Below are positions 1 through 12,545 of a stretch of 64,000 bases of DNA, in pieces. The notes below the pieces were generated by a model that was given only the letters and a program-made list of their open reading frames with translations, made no database searches and was not told the origin of the DNA. Each line of letters starts with the position of its first letter. Positions within the stretch are counted from its first letter, which is position 1. The position numbers and the translations under genes were made by a program. Origin of the DNA: Paraspadella gotoi (lineage: Eukaryota; Animalia; Chaetognatha); contig CM119271.1 in NCBI GenBank assembly GCA_051294375.1, positions 4,976,188 to 5,040,187 on the forward strand. Direction: 5' to 3'.

Positions 1-3000
1 GCGAAGAGGGTTGGGGCTGAATTGCATTACTGATGACAACTAATGATGAGGGCGGCGCCGAGACGGGCAGCAGGGGGCCCTGCATGGGAGCGCCGGCTGG
101 AGGTTGCGTTGGGGGCGGTCCTGTTTGGTTGGATACGAGAACGCTCGAAGTGGGGGTGGCAACGGCGAGCGGCATCGCGTCCATTAGCAAGGCTTTTACG
201 TCGTCGGCAGTTGCCAGATCTAAAAATATAATAACATAGTTGCATATATTAAGAAATATATATATCTCTCTCTCTCTCTCTCTCCGTCTAAGACAGACCC
301 AAAGGCGTTTGGTTCTCCTGGTTTTTCATTGTAGGATCGGCGCCGTGAGCCAACAGCAAGGAACACAACTGAGTTCGACCTTTTTGCGCCGCTTCATGCA
401 AAGGCGTAAACAGCCACCTGTGAACATGGTAAGTCCATCACAGAATTGTTGTTGGAGCGCAATTCGCGTCATCGGACATTCAATGTCTCATGATTTTTAA
501 AATCATTATTTCGCGCTAATATTTAATTCTACACTAAATTCAGCAATTAACAGTGAATTCCCTTTACCTATCGGTGGCGTTAACGCAAGTGTTAAACTTT
601 ATCAGGAGGGCGGCAATGTCGACGTGACCGTAAGACGCGGCGTTGTGAAGGGGAATTAGTCCGCCTAAAATAGCAAATGAAATGATTGAAAAAAATTTTT
701 AAAAATCACTTTCGGAAAAAAACCCAAACTCACCCTTGTCCTGAGCGTTGACGTCGGCTCCATTCTCCAACAGGAACTCGGCGACCTCTACGTTGTTGTA
801 TCCGGCGGCGAGGTGAAGCGGCGTGGAGTTACGCCCTTGGGTGTCGCGGCAATTTACGTTGTCCAAGGTCACTAGCTTTTGTACTTTGGCCAGATTGCCT
901 GTCGCAATTGAAAGACAACAAGGTTTGACAATACATAATATTTCAAAAAGAAAATTGTGCAAACTCCGAAGTTGTAAAAACTACTCACCCTTTTTCGCGG
1001 CCTCCAACAGGGCGGCGTCGCCCCGAAGCAAATCGGCGACGTCCTCGTCCCCCTCTTTGACCAAATCGAGAGGGGTGTGTCCGTCCCGATTTTTCTTATT
1101 TGGGTCCGCCCCATGTTTGAGCAGCAGTTTACATATGTCGAATTTCCCTTTGGCAGCCGCCTCGTGGAGCGGTGTGAATTTCCTATTTGCGTCAGAAAGA
1201 AGACAAAACAGAATGTAGAGTACAGTATAAAACCTCAAACATAAGCAAAAGATGACATAATTAATATAAATTTTAACCATAAGTCGGCCACGTTGACGCA
1301 TGCGCCGTGTTTGACGAGCAATTCCGTGACTTCGTAATGTCCGTATGAACAAGCGTTGTGAAGAGGCACGAGGCCACCCTTGTCTTTGGCGTGGACGTCG
1401 GCCCCGTTCTGCGCGATGCGAGTTAAAAATAGTTTATCAAAAGGCAGAATTGGCATAAATTTCAACGTCAATTCGATACCTGCAGCAGATACTCGACGAC
1501 GGCGACACGATTGTAGCCAGCGGCGAAATGAAGGGGAGTGGAGTGGCGACCGTCCATATCGCGACAATTCACTGCCGACGGATTTCCTTTTTGTGAATAG
1601 ATAATTTATTGCATTACATTCACAAATATTTTTTTCGAAATGAAGTTCGTGAGGAAATTTACCGGAGCAAATCTTCTTAACAAGATCCATGTCGCCGGCT
1701 TTGGCACCCTCAAGCAACTGATATTCTGTGTCGGCCCCTTGCGACGAAGACATGGTTCCGTCCTGAAATAACTTTTGCACCGGTTCTGCCGCAACCTGAG
1801 CGGAACAATAAAATGATTATGACTGGATTCGGCTCTTTGTAAAAAGGTCACTATCAAATGTCTGCTTTTTATATAATACAATCCTGTTAGTTCTCTGACC
1901 AAAAGCGAAACATAACCTCTCTTCTCTTCTTCCACTGATTGTAATTCCTGCATCAAGCACCTGTGCTGCGTTGGTCCCATCGATTGCCGCGATCGACGGA
2001 TCCGCTCCGTACGACAGGAGTAGGTGGCAGCACTGCACCTGTCCCACTTGCGATGCGCGATGCAACGCCGTCCGACCTAGCCCGTCCAGCACGTTAACCT
2101 TGCAACCGTGCTTCAACAAGATATCCATTATGTCCCAGTTGGCTTTGTCCGTAGCAATGTGGAGCGCGGTCAGGAAGGATTTATTTTTCTCGTTTAAGGT
2201 GGAGCCTTTCCGGATTAGCGTCTCGGCGACTTGCTTTCTGCTAGGCATAAAATAACATAAATTTTAAGGATTCGTGATGATAAAGTGTCGATCATATTTT
2301 ACCGTTTTGGATAGGGCGATGCAGCGATGCAGTGCAAGGCAGAATCGCCGGTGTAAGGATCTTTGAAATTGACAGTCTCGGAACATAAAAACTTTTTCAA
2401 TTTAGCCAAGTCGGCCTGGCGGGCTGTCTCTAGAAGAGAATGACCTCTGAATTCGTACAGAAGCTTCTCCCTGAGGTCAGAAGAAGGCGCGAGGTCAAGG
2501 GCGCTTTTGTTGTGACAATTAACAAGCGTAGGATCGGCGCCGTGGGACAAAAGAAGCGAGCAAACCTTATCAAAATAAAATCAATTTCACATATTACAGA
2601 CAAAAATAATGAACAAGTATTGTGTAGTATTGTGAAATGAGCTAAGTTGTACCTCAATTCTGGATTTGGATGCAGCCTCATGTAGTGGAGTGAACTGCCA
2701 CAGGTCCATAGCGTTCACAGATGCCCCGCACTTAATTAACATCTCTGTCACCTGAAAAGCGATAGTTTTGAATTATTACATATACTCAAAAAACATCAAT
2801 TCAATCTCCAAACTTGCCTCGTAATGTCCGTATGAACATGCGTTGTGAAGCGGCACCAGACCTCCTTTGTCTTTGGCGTGAACGTCGGCACCGTGCTGGA
2901 GCAAAATCTCAACGATCCGCGTGCGATTGTAGCCTGCCGCAAGGTGGAGTGGGGTCGACTTCCGGCCGTCGGAGGCGTGACTGTTGACGTTCATCGGTGT

Positions 3001-4053
3001 GAGCAGCGCCTGCATTTTCTCCTCGTTGCCGGATCTCGACGCCTCAAGCAACTCGTCCTTTTTGTATTCTCCCATGAGAACCGCCTTGGCCGAAGGGTCG
3101 GCCAGATCCAGAGCAGTTTTACCGTCTGAAAAAGATAAATTGGCGATACATGACAACTTCATCATTTCTAATCCTATGAATACTATTCAACTTTGAGCAT
3201 ATAATATTTCAAACAATTTAAACTAATTTGGTCATTAATCTACGGATGTATTTATGTCTAATAACCGGTATTTCTGATAGTAGGATCAGCGCCGTGTTGA
3301 AGCAAGACTATGCAGACGTCAATCTTTCCCTTGATTGCAGCCTCGTGCAACGGGGTGTAGTTCCAGTTATCACGGGCGTTGGGGTCGGCCCCATGCTGCA
3401 GCAGAAGCTTGACAACCTTTAAATTTTAATACAGAAAATATTTACGGAAACTCGTAATAGGACGAGTGTTAAGCTCAGGTAATATTTAAAATCCTAAAGT
3501 CCAAATCAAACTTTTGACCCACCTCAGCGTGTCCAAATGAACAGGCGTTGTGCAAAGGTATGAGTCCACCGTCGTCTCGCGCGTGAACGGAGGCGCCGCA
3601 GACGAGAAGATGGTCAACGACGTCGCGACGACCAAATCCCGCAGCGAAGTGCAATGGGGAAGATTTCCGTCCGGCCGTGTCTGGAAAAAAGGCGTGGCAG
3701 AGAGAGATTTAGAACTTAAAAACGTTAATGGAATGAGGCAACCGTCGGACCTTTGGCGTTAACGTTAGACGTATTGATCAGCTTTTTGACTCTGGAAACG
3801 TCTCCGTTGCGACACGCTTCGAACAACTCTCTTCCGGAGTCAAAGCCGGACATGGATGACGGCGGGCAGATCGAGCCGTGACTGTCGCTGTGCAAACCAA
3901 CGGGTTTATATATAGGTAATTGTATAATTTACTATTGGATGACAATTTTTAAAGTGCAAACAACGTTAAAACTAACCTTTGACCAGGCGCTCCAGGCGCA
4001 GTTAGGTTCCTCGCGGAACGCCCGCCTGATGAACCGGCGGCCGACGACGCCAT
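1..4053 (-). CDS. TNKS: Tankyrase (ankyrin-repeat PARP), 5' part; gene continues past the left edge (SAM and PARP domains not in window)
   Basis: Exons joined in frame (minus): 4053-3977, 3887-3751, 3680-3523, 3416-3266, 3125-2818, 2751-2653, 2565-2303, 2237-1961, 1795-1663, 1586-1480, 1408-1278, 1182-989, 898-734, 664-568, 417-299, 219-<1. Translation shows tankyrase ARC motifs: [97 protein letters not shown]. The N-terminus is short, with no vertebrate HPS tract. Confidence 0.96.
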
Positions 4054-5749
4054 TCCGCGCGTTTTCGCTTACGTTGCACACGAGAATCGTTTATCGTTTA
4101 CGCATAGTCTATAACGTGTCACGCTACTTCAACTGAAATACATCTGTGAACAACAAAATATTTTAGCCCCCCAAAATATTTGGCGGAAGTTTTGGTTTCT
4201 CAACGGCTGCGATTAAACTTTAAAGTAAAAAAAAAAGTGATAGTGTCTCTAAAGCGTAAACCATGTAATCAAGACTTATTATACAATGAATTTCTGAGAA
4301 TTTACTCAACTATGATGATGATTTCCCGACTGTCATCACGGTAAACAACGCCATTTTGGAAAAGGGAATCTGAGTCCGCTGCCAATCTGAGGCGTCGTCT
4401 GCTAGAATTAAAAAAGCAGACGTCAAGACGAAGAAGACGACGGAGATGATGACGACGACGAAGACGATGATAACGACGGAGAAAAGGAAAAACGAACAAA
4501 AAAACAACTGGCGCCGGAGATGAAAGTGAAGTGAGGAAGTCCCACTTTTTCTCTCGCACAAGACCAGATAGACATCTTGTAAGAGTTATGTAGGCCTTAA
4601 TCAACCATAACTTATTTATTGAAGGAAAAAATACTTTTTATATTGGCTTTACTAATTCAATCTAACTTAGTAACGTTAGTAACGTCGTTCTTTATTTTAA
4701 TACCCTTTTTATGCAATACAGAACATTATATTATAGTAATGCTGCCATTATTAACTATCACTTATCTACTTCGTTTCCTTTTCAAATTGTTTTCCCTAAA
4801 ACTTACATAGCGTTTTTCTGCCTCTTGTTTTTTACTGAGCTAAAGCCTAAACAAGCACGACCTCTGACGAATGAACTTTACGTTACTGAGGACGATTTAA
4901 AACAATTATTTATCATATACATATATATATTTATTATATTGGTTGTACCAATTTCATACTATCATATATTATAAATAGTTTAACAATTTTTTGGAGGTCA
5001 TTGATCGATTGATTTGAAATTGATTTGAAACTACAATTATTGCGGTTTGCCGATTATCAGTTAAAGTTAAGATCTTAGGCACAGGAGTGCTCAATGCTGC
5101 TCATTGCTCTAGGGAAAAATTTTCTCAAACGCCTTTAAGTTTAACGCCTATCCAGGTTGTACGCCAAGTCTCTTTCCCTCGTAAAACGTCGTTCAATTAC
5201 GAAGGAAAAGAAAAAGAGTCAAACAACTCTAGTCACGTCACGACGTCGTCACGTGTAGAGACGAATCGCCACCTTGCGACCCTCAAATTGTGATTAACTG
5301 ACGTCATGAAAGTCTAAGCAGGGAAAGAAGAGGGAGACCATGAACGGGGGTGGGGAAGAAAAACCTTGGAAAAAAAAAACATTTGAGTGCCCGCGCGGGT
5401 TTGAACCTTTTTTTACCCTTTCGACCTCTGGCGACTCTCGCCGCGAATCGCGTCGCATGGCTGATGAATCATGGGAGTCACCCTAGCGTCATAAATCGTA
5501 GAGGGCGCGGGTTTTGGGGAAACGAAAAATGAGGGTAGGGGGAATTTGGAAGGAAAAGTCGACTTAATCAGTTCATGTTGCAGTTGATCCATTCAGCAGT
5601 CTTCACTTCTTCATTATGTTATTTGTTATGTTTTATCACTTTAAGTGCCATAGCCGATGAAATTTAAATGCTAATGTATACAGCGTTAAAATAATCTATC
5701 ATGACCATAGATTATGGTATTAAAATATTTTTTTGTCAAAAATGCTTTC

Positions 5750-6140
5750 TTCTGAGGGTACTCGCCTAATTAAAAATATTATATTACTATATAGAGCAAA
5801 AAATATTTTTTTAAAATTCTAAAATTTTTTGATGGATTCTGATAGAGCATAAAAAGTTAAACAAGAAATATAATTACAGCTTTTAAAAATTCTTACGTTT
5901 TCTATGTGAAAATATAAAAAAACTGATAAAATCATCGAAAGATGACGATGATGATGATTTTTTATGGTTTTTCTTATTTTTGACACACTTAACGTAAAAA
6001 TATTTAAAAAAGAATCATACTTTGTGTAGACAACTTTTTATGAGCTATCTGAATCTGGTCTTAAAATTTAAAAATTCAAAAAAAAATTTTTGGCCTTTCC
6101 TATCTATAAATAAATATTAAAAAATTAATTACTAGGGTAT
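5750..6140. mobile_element. AT-rich foldback / MITE-like imperfect palindrome
   Basis: Arms are imperfect reverse complements about a centre near 5943: ataaaatcatc/gatgattttttat, ttacgtt/aacgtaa, gattctgatagagcataaaaagtt/aactttttatgagctatctgaatc. Non-coding; termini and TSD not defined. Confidence 0.5.
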
Positions 6141-7576
6141 AGAGCCATATTAGAAATTTTTTGTCCATTGAAAGTATTCTTAAAAATGTCTAAATATTCG
6201 TTTGAGCATGTACTCGCTCTAAATTTTTGACTCACCCCATTGAGTGCGGCTACCCCTGAACGATTTTATGGAAATATTTTCACTGGTTATTTTTTTCAGT
6301 TGCAAGAGAGAAAAAAAGAGAGAAGAAAAATTATAATACTTACTTTACGGTCCTACCTTGTACATAAAACTTTTAAAAGTTCAAAATTAAAAATTTATTT
6401 TTGATGAATGTTGTAGATTTGAAAAGAAGCTTATAAAGAAATATATATAATAAAATACTACATTGTGGATAAAATGGTACGAGTGAGAAGAGACACCGAG
6501 AGAACGAGAGGATATTCTGAGACTCTTCCTCTCGTTTTTTTTGCACTGGGTTGAGATGAGTTAGTTCCTCCCGGGCGTCAACTGCGAGGATCCATTATCA
6601 TGCTAAAAGCTTTGAATTTGATAAAGCCCCCCTCCCTTCCCGCCCCCCTTCTCCCCCGAAACCCGCGAGGAATGAAATCTCCTTCGGTTTAGCGCGATTC
6701 GCCCCGAGGTCCGCCTTAAATGGTTCCCTGAGACCCGGCGAAGGGTTTAAATGGATCCCGGCCCGACCGAAGATCCTTCCTCGAATGGACGGTCCGGTAT
6801 ACCGACCCAGTTTCAGGCCCGAAAATATGAGATGGAACAGAGGAACGCCTTGTGAAAGTGGCGAGGAATTTTTAACTGCGATTTTTTAAAAATTTCATTT
6901 AAGTTTTAACTGTAAGCCTCTAAGAAAGAAGTCCTAAGTTTGATTCGCCAATCGGCTGCTGGAGACCATTGGCAATGCTTGACGGATAAGATTTGAATAA
7001 AATTTCGTCTGTCTATTATTTCAAAACCACACATCTCGAAGATCCCTTCGCGTCTTGAAGCTTAATATTTGCTTCTAAGAATCTAACAGTATTTTTATTG
7101 ACCATCCCCTTAAAAGAAAACGTTCGCAAAAACTATTATCAGTAAAACCCTTCGAACTCGAATCCGAAATAAATTTATTTTTAGCCTTCCTATTTTTTTT
7201 TTTCTGAATCTCACTCAATCCTCTTCGATTCAAATGGAGATTTAATCTCGCGTAGAGCGTCCGAACGAAAAGCAATCATTCCATAGTCGTCTGCTTTTTT
7301 TTTTTTCGTCACTCGCTTCATCCCTGGAGAGCGAGGGTCTTTAAAATTGAAGGGGGCAGCTCCCTCGGGAGTGACGGGGTCCATCTCGCGGAAGTCAAGA
7401 GAGGTTAAATTTTTAGGGGGAGCAAAAATTCTATTTTTATTATCCTGTTTCCTTGCGGTTTCTATCGAGAGACTGTATTTACTATTCAATAAACTAAGGG
7501 GGCTTGAGTTCCTTGACTCGTTTAAAAACCTGCTGCTAAACCCAAACGTAGGTTTGTGCCATTTTTCTTCTGCGAA

Positions 7577-7578
<2 letters not shown>

Positions 7579-7666
<88 letters not shown>
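7579..7666. repeat. (CT)n microsatellite
   Basis: Perfect dinucleotide run. Confidence 0.95.
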
Positions 7667-7668
<2 letters not shown>

Positions 7669-8011
7669 AGCTGCGTTCCGTTTTTCACTTTGCGCTTATT
7701 TTCTTTCAATCAGCCGACGCTTGATTTGCATAAGTTTCCAATTAGTCTCATTCACTTATATCCATCGACCGATTCGCTTGCTAATTTATTTGCTCATCTT
7801 TTTAGAGAGTTTCCCTGAAAAAAAAGAGAGAGAGGGCCCGAAAAAAAAAGGTTGAAAAAAGGCTGAAGTCGTTTTTTTTTTCACTTTTAATAGCAAAATT
7901 AATTGAAGTTGAAACTGTCAAAAACCCTACGAGACCATCCACAAACGACTAACGGCGATAAAATTCATTAAATTCTCGTCAGTTGTTTTCGACTGAAAAC
8001 CACATTTTTAT

Positions 8012-10668
8012 TCAACACAGTTGGCAAGCCTTGTTGCAATGCGGCAGCATGTACCACGGATTATTTTCGCATTCACCCCTGTCGGCCCACTCTTGACATC
8101 TCTCGTGCTGGTCGCCGCAATTTTCGCAGTAGCCGCAAGCTTTGGGACAATTCGGGATCATGTAGTGACCGTTTTTCTTACATTCGCCGCGTTTGGCCCA
8201 TTCGTCGCAACGATCCTTGTGATTCTGACAATTTTTCCCGGCGCCGTCTCCACCATCACCGCCGTCTCCACCATCACCACCGTCTCCTCCATCACCACCG
8301 TCTCCACCATCACCGCCATCTCCTCCATCACCACCATCCCCGCCATCTCCTCCGTTGCCGCATCCTTTGGGTCCGCATCCGTTGCCGAAGTCGCCCGTGA
8401 TCAACAGGTTGCCCAATGCCCTTCTGTTGCTGCTGCAGGTCGAAGATCGCATAGAGCTGCAAAGCAGTTGGATGGGTTAAGATTAATTTTCTGCTATTCC
8501 CTTTCTTTTATTTATTTTTTTAATTTTTCTATTTATTCATTTTAAAATTGAGTGAATTATTAATATTTTTTTTTCAATGATGAAAGCAACAATGTGAAGG
8601 TTTATTTTGCGAAACTTGGAAATCGTTTACCTAGTGCAAGGCTTCTTGGGACAAGCAGTCGGACAAGTGCATTTACACTTGTGGTTCACGTAGCAAGGAT
8701 CTTTGCACTTATCGTTCTTCTCGCAATGCGAGTTACAGTTGTACATAATGTTGACGATTTTCGCGTCCGTGAAATGGAGGGCGGGATTAGACCGATGACC
8801 GATGCTGCCTTGGTAGTCCTTGTTGATAATACGGTAATAGATAAATAATTATTTGTAAACGATAAGCGTGTAATGGAATCGACATAGATTGAATATTTGA
8901 CAATATAATATGACAATGAATATAAGCTACTACGGTGGACTAAAATCCACCAACCATTCATCAGTGGCCATTGGTGCAGGAGGCAAGTCATTCGCTTCCC
9001 AACCCAAAGGTCCGGGGTTTTAGCCAGGTGGTCGCCTAGCAGTTAAGAGGGATGGGGCTCTTAACCCGCCTGTAACATGGTGTTACACTGTTACAGCCTT
9101 ATCCGAAGCTCAGGGACTGCTTATATTGATCGGTTCTGTCACTAACACATAACAATAATTACTGTCTCTTCACTACTTATTTTTGCTTATTTAGGAATTC
9201 ACTAATTTACAGTACAGCATTTTTGTTGCTCGTCCATTTAACAGATTTTAAAACTAAATCACACTAGCAACGACCTCACCCATTTACCTTTCTTAACTTA
9301 AGGTCTTTTCCTGACAACAACAACGACAACGTCACTCTTGCCTGATTTCTCGTGATGATTGTGAGGCGACCGTTTGACGAAAACGAGGAGCCTCCGTAGT
9401 GCATGACGGAGCAGTAGTCGTACGGAACGCCGAAGTTGTGCGTGCGGCTCTCGATGCGGAAGTTGTGCCGGTTGCTCCAGCTCACGTTGTCGAGAAGCAC
9501 CTTGATGGCGGAGTCGCGGTCCGTGCGGCATTGCTCGTGGTGGAGACCTGGTTGAAATTTCTATCTGACGGAGAGAGTTCTTTAGTTAAAAAAAACTTAA
9601 ATCAATATTGCAAAGAAACCGATAGACAGAAGAAAATTAAGAAAAAACAGTTAGATTTCGACGGAATGTCATTAAAATAAAATTTGAGGAGGTCGTAAAG
9701 AAGTAGAGAGCACTAATAGAGAATTGTCTTTAAAATTTTTTAATAAATTTTCAAATTATACATTAAATACGCCTTCTAATAATTTTGTAATTGGTCCGAA
9801 TGCAGTTAACGACTCTACCTATGGTGTGCCCCAATTCATGGGCGGCGATCCCGTGCCAAGTGCAGCCTCCAATCCGCAGCGACACCTCGTGGTTGCGATG
9901 CAGCCAACCGACCATCGAGTAGCAACCACCCTTGTTGACCACGGTGATGTAGTTGCTGTGACCGGTGGAGTGGGCCAAAGGGCTTCCGGCCGGCGTGAAC
10001 CGGATGCACGTCTTTTCTTGCCACTCCTTGGGTTTAGGAATTGTTGATAATACTACATTTGAAATTAAAATTTAAATACTGCAAATTATTAATAGTATTA
10101 ATGAGCATTGAACAATACAAATTTACAGCTGCTAATTAATAATTATAAAAACGAGGTTAAAAATTTAATATATACCCCAATTTATTAATAAAAAAAGCCA
10201 ATTTCTGTGGTGGATACGTAGTACATACTAAGGTAATATCTTGTAAGAGAGATAGTCTCCCTTATCAAAAAGTTAAGAGGCAGGATAGCTGGTTCATTAA
10301 ATAAATTAATATGCTTTTAATAGGTTTGCATGGATCTCAAAACTTTAAACAATTCCGCTTGGATTAATAACAAAGAAGAGAATTTGCTAAATTTTCACAC
10401 CCCATCTGCCGAACCTTCATAGCGCTGTAGATGACCCCAGAGTATCGAGACCCGAAAGCGCTGGAGATCTTGTAGGGAATGATGGCCTTGGGCCAGCGCC
10501 AGTAGGGATCCTTCATTCCGGCGCCGGCGAAAGTAGAGAGGCTGACGTTGCTGTAGGCGACGGCGTATTGCAATGGATCAAGATTCATGTCCATCTGGAG
10601 GTTGATCAGGTTGTTCGAGGACGCAGAGGCGGCCGCACCTTTTTTTTTTTGAAGGGTCGGTTGGGGGA

Positions 10669-10750
<82 letters not shown>

Positions 10751-10994
10751 CGAATTGTATTGAGAAGCTTCGCACTGATTTGTGCCCCCCCCACTCCCCA
10801 CTCCCCTCCATCCTCACCCTCCTCGTCCCCGCGTCTCGAATGATCTCGTCGATCGTCCGGTCGTCGTCCTCGTCGTCGACGACCGTTTCCACGGCGTCGA
10901 TGTCTTCGCTTTCGACGCCGGGCAGGAAGTCCTCGTCCGCGAACGACGTCGCGACGAAGACTCCTTCGAATTTGGAAAGAGGAAACTTGGTTCA

Positions 10995-11093
<99 letters not shown>

Positions 11094-11327
11094 TTCCTAA
11101 TCCCTCGCACAAATCTCTAATTTAATTCCCAAACCATTAAATTTAAAAACTTACTTAATTAACTTACTAAAAAAAAGCTGAAGCGGGGCCCTTTTTATAA
11201 AATATGGCTAATTTATAATACATAATGAATATACACGTTTCGTCTTTGTCTTCCTCCTTGTTTTCAGTCGTCGTTCTTTTCCAACGCAGCGGAAAAACGT
11301 CTCGTTTCTTTGTTATCGTTTTTGAAG

Positions 11328-11360
<33 letters not shown>

Positions 11361-11409
11361 TTTCCTTACCTGCCAAGGCTCCCAACAGAATTAACGATAC
11401 GAGTCTCAT
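8012..11409 (-). CDS. Secreted astacin-family (M12A) zinc metalloprotease with Cys-rich segment, (GGD)12 linker and two C-terminal ShKT domains
   Basis: Exons (minus): 11409-11370 (signal peptide MRLVSLILLGALA), 10963-10818 (acidic propeptide), 10638-10415 (WPKAIIPYKIS), 10026-9819 (EWQEKTCIRF...GCYSMVG...HELGHTIG), 9547-9342 (LHHEQCRTDRD...PYDYCSVMHY), 8818-8631 (YQGSIGHR...DAKIVNIMYNC plus Cys-rich segment), 8456-8012 (GGD repeats, 2x ShKT, stop). The astacin signature HExxHxxGxxHExxRxDRD and the SxMHY Met-turn are both present. One apparent 1-nt phase problem at the exon 2/3 junction. Confidence 0.92.
8246..8353 (-). repeat. Coding 9-bp tandem repeat encoding (Gly-Gly-Asp)12
   Basis: 12 GGD units with synonymous variation (GGA/GGT/GGC/GGG; GAT/GAC) immediately before the ShKT pair. 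Confidence 0.9.
8934..9172 (+). mobile_element. tRNA-headed SINE-like repeat, copy 1 (in astacin intron)
   Basis: ~240 bp that recurs at 47861-48081(-), 51453-51680(+) and 61196-61415(+). tRNA-like head at 8964-9035 with A-box-like TGGTGCAGGAGG. Confidence 0.8.
10673..10748. repeat. (GA)n microsatellite (astacin intron)
   Basis: Perfect dinucleotide run. Confidence 0.95.
10998..11092. repeat. (AAT)n microsatellite (astacin intron 1)
   Basis: Perfect trinucleotide run; it explains the poly-I/poly-L ORFs. Confidence 0.95.
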
Positions 11410-11753
11410 TTCCACCAAATTTGTGTCACGTCTCGAAAACATTTCCCCCTTTTTATACGAATCCATTGACAAAGGCTCCGTTGTTATTAAGGCTTTTTTT
11501 TTATAAGAGGCTCGAATTGCCTCGATTGCCTTTGGTATCTCGACCGCGTTGGAAAAACAAAAAGACTCGATTCTTCGTTGAATTTAATCTTGGAGAGACT
11601 GACGCTACAGATCGGTGAATGTGATAATGTGATTATGTTAAACCTTGGTCGTGATTGGTTAATTTTTAAAGAGAGGTACAAGATAATAAGCGTAATTTTT
11701 GTTATTATTCGTTACGCACTGTGCTACGTTTCTATGTTTTTTTGTTTATTTGT

Positions 11754-11756
11754 TTT

Positions 11757-11836
<80 letters not shown>

Positions 11837-12328
11837 TATTTAATTATTTATTTTATTTATTTTTTTTTATCATTTATTTCTTTCTTTCTTCCCTTTTCCT
11901 TTCCTTGCCCTATTACCCTTCCTCCCTTCCTTCTTCCCTTCCCTCACTACTTCCCTTTTCCCTTCCTTGTCCTATTGCCCTTCCTCCCTTCCCCCTTCCT
12001 TCTTCCCTTCTTTCCTTCCCTCCATATTTCCCTTCTCCTTTCCTTGCCCTTCCTCCCTTCCTTCTTTCCTTCCCCCCTTTATTTCCCTTTTCCCTTCCTT
12101 GCCCTCTTGCCCTTCCTCCTTTCCCTCTTCCCTACTTTCCTTCCCCCTCTTATTTCCCTTTTCCTTTCCTTGCCCTCTCGCCCTTCTTCTCTTCCTCTCC
12201 CCTCGGAGTTGATCTTTGCCGTTGACGTTAATGCATCCTCATTTGGATGAAGGAGACAAGAACCGCGAACGCGAATGGATGGCGCCAGGCGAGCGCGAGT
12301 CCGACTCGCGTCGATGACTCTCTCTCTA

Positions 12329-12388
<60 letters not shown>

Positions 12389-12545
12389 TTTTCTCTCTCT
12401 CTCTCTCTCTCTTCTTATTTTGCTTGTTTCTTTCTTCTTTCTTTCTTTCTGTCTGTCTTTCTTCTTTCTTTTTTCTTTTCTTTCTTCTTTTTCTTTCTTT
12501 TTCTTTCTTTTTTCTTTCTTTCTTTTTCTCTTACGTTCTTTTTTC
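11754..12545. repeat. (TTTC)n microsatellite, polypyrimidine low-complexity tract and (CT)n
   Basis: Direct inspection. Confidence 0.9.

Noticed and set aside
4302-4604. ORFs upstream of tankyrase
   Set aside because: Driven by (GAC/GAT)n low complexity; no splice structure or motif found.
7075-7855. ORFs including the 152-aa MERERER... ORF
   Set aside because: They start in or span the (CT)n repeat; the remainder matches no family I recognise.
8021-8545. 174-aa plus-strand ORF with TITAVS repeats
   Set aside because: Antisense shadow of the astacin GGD/ShKT exon.
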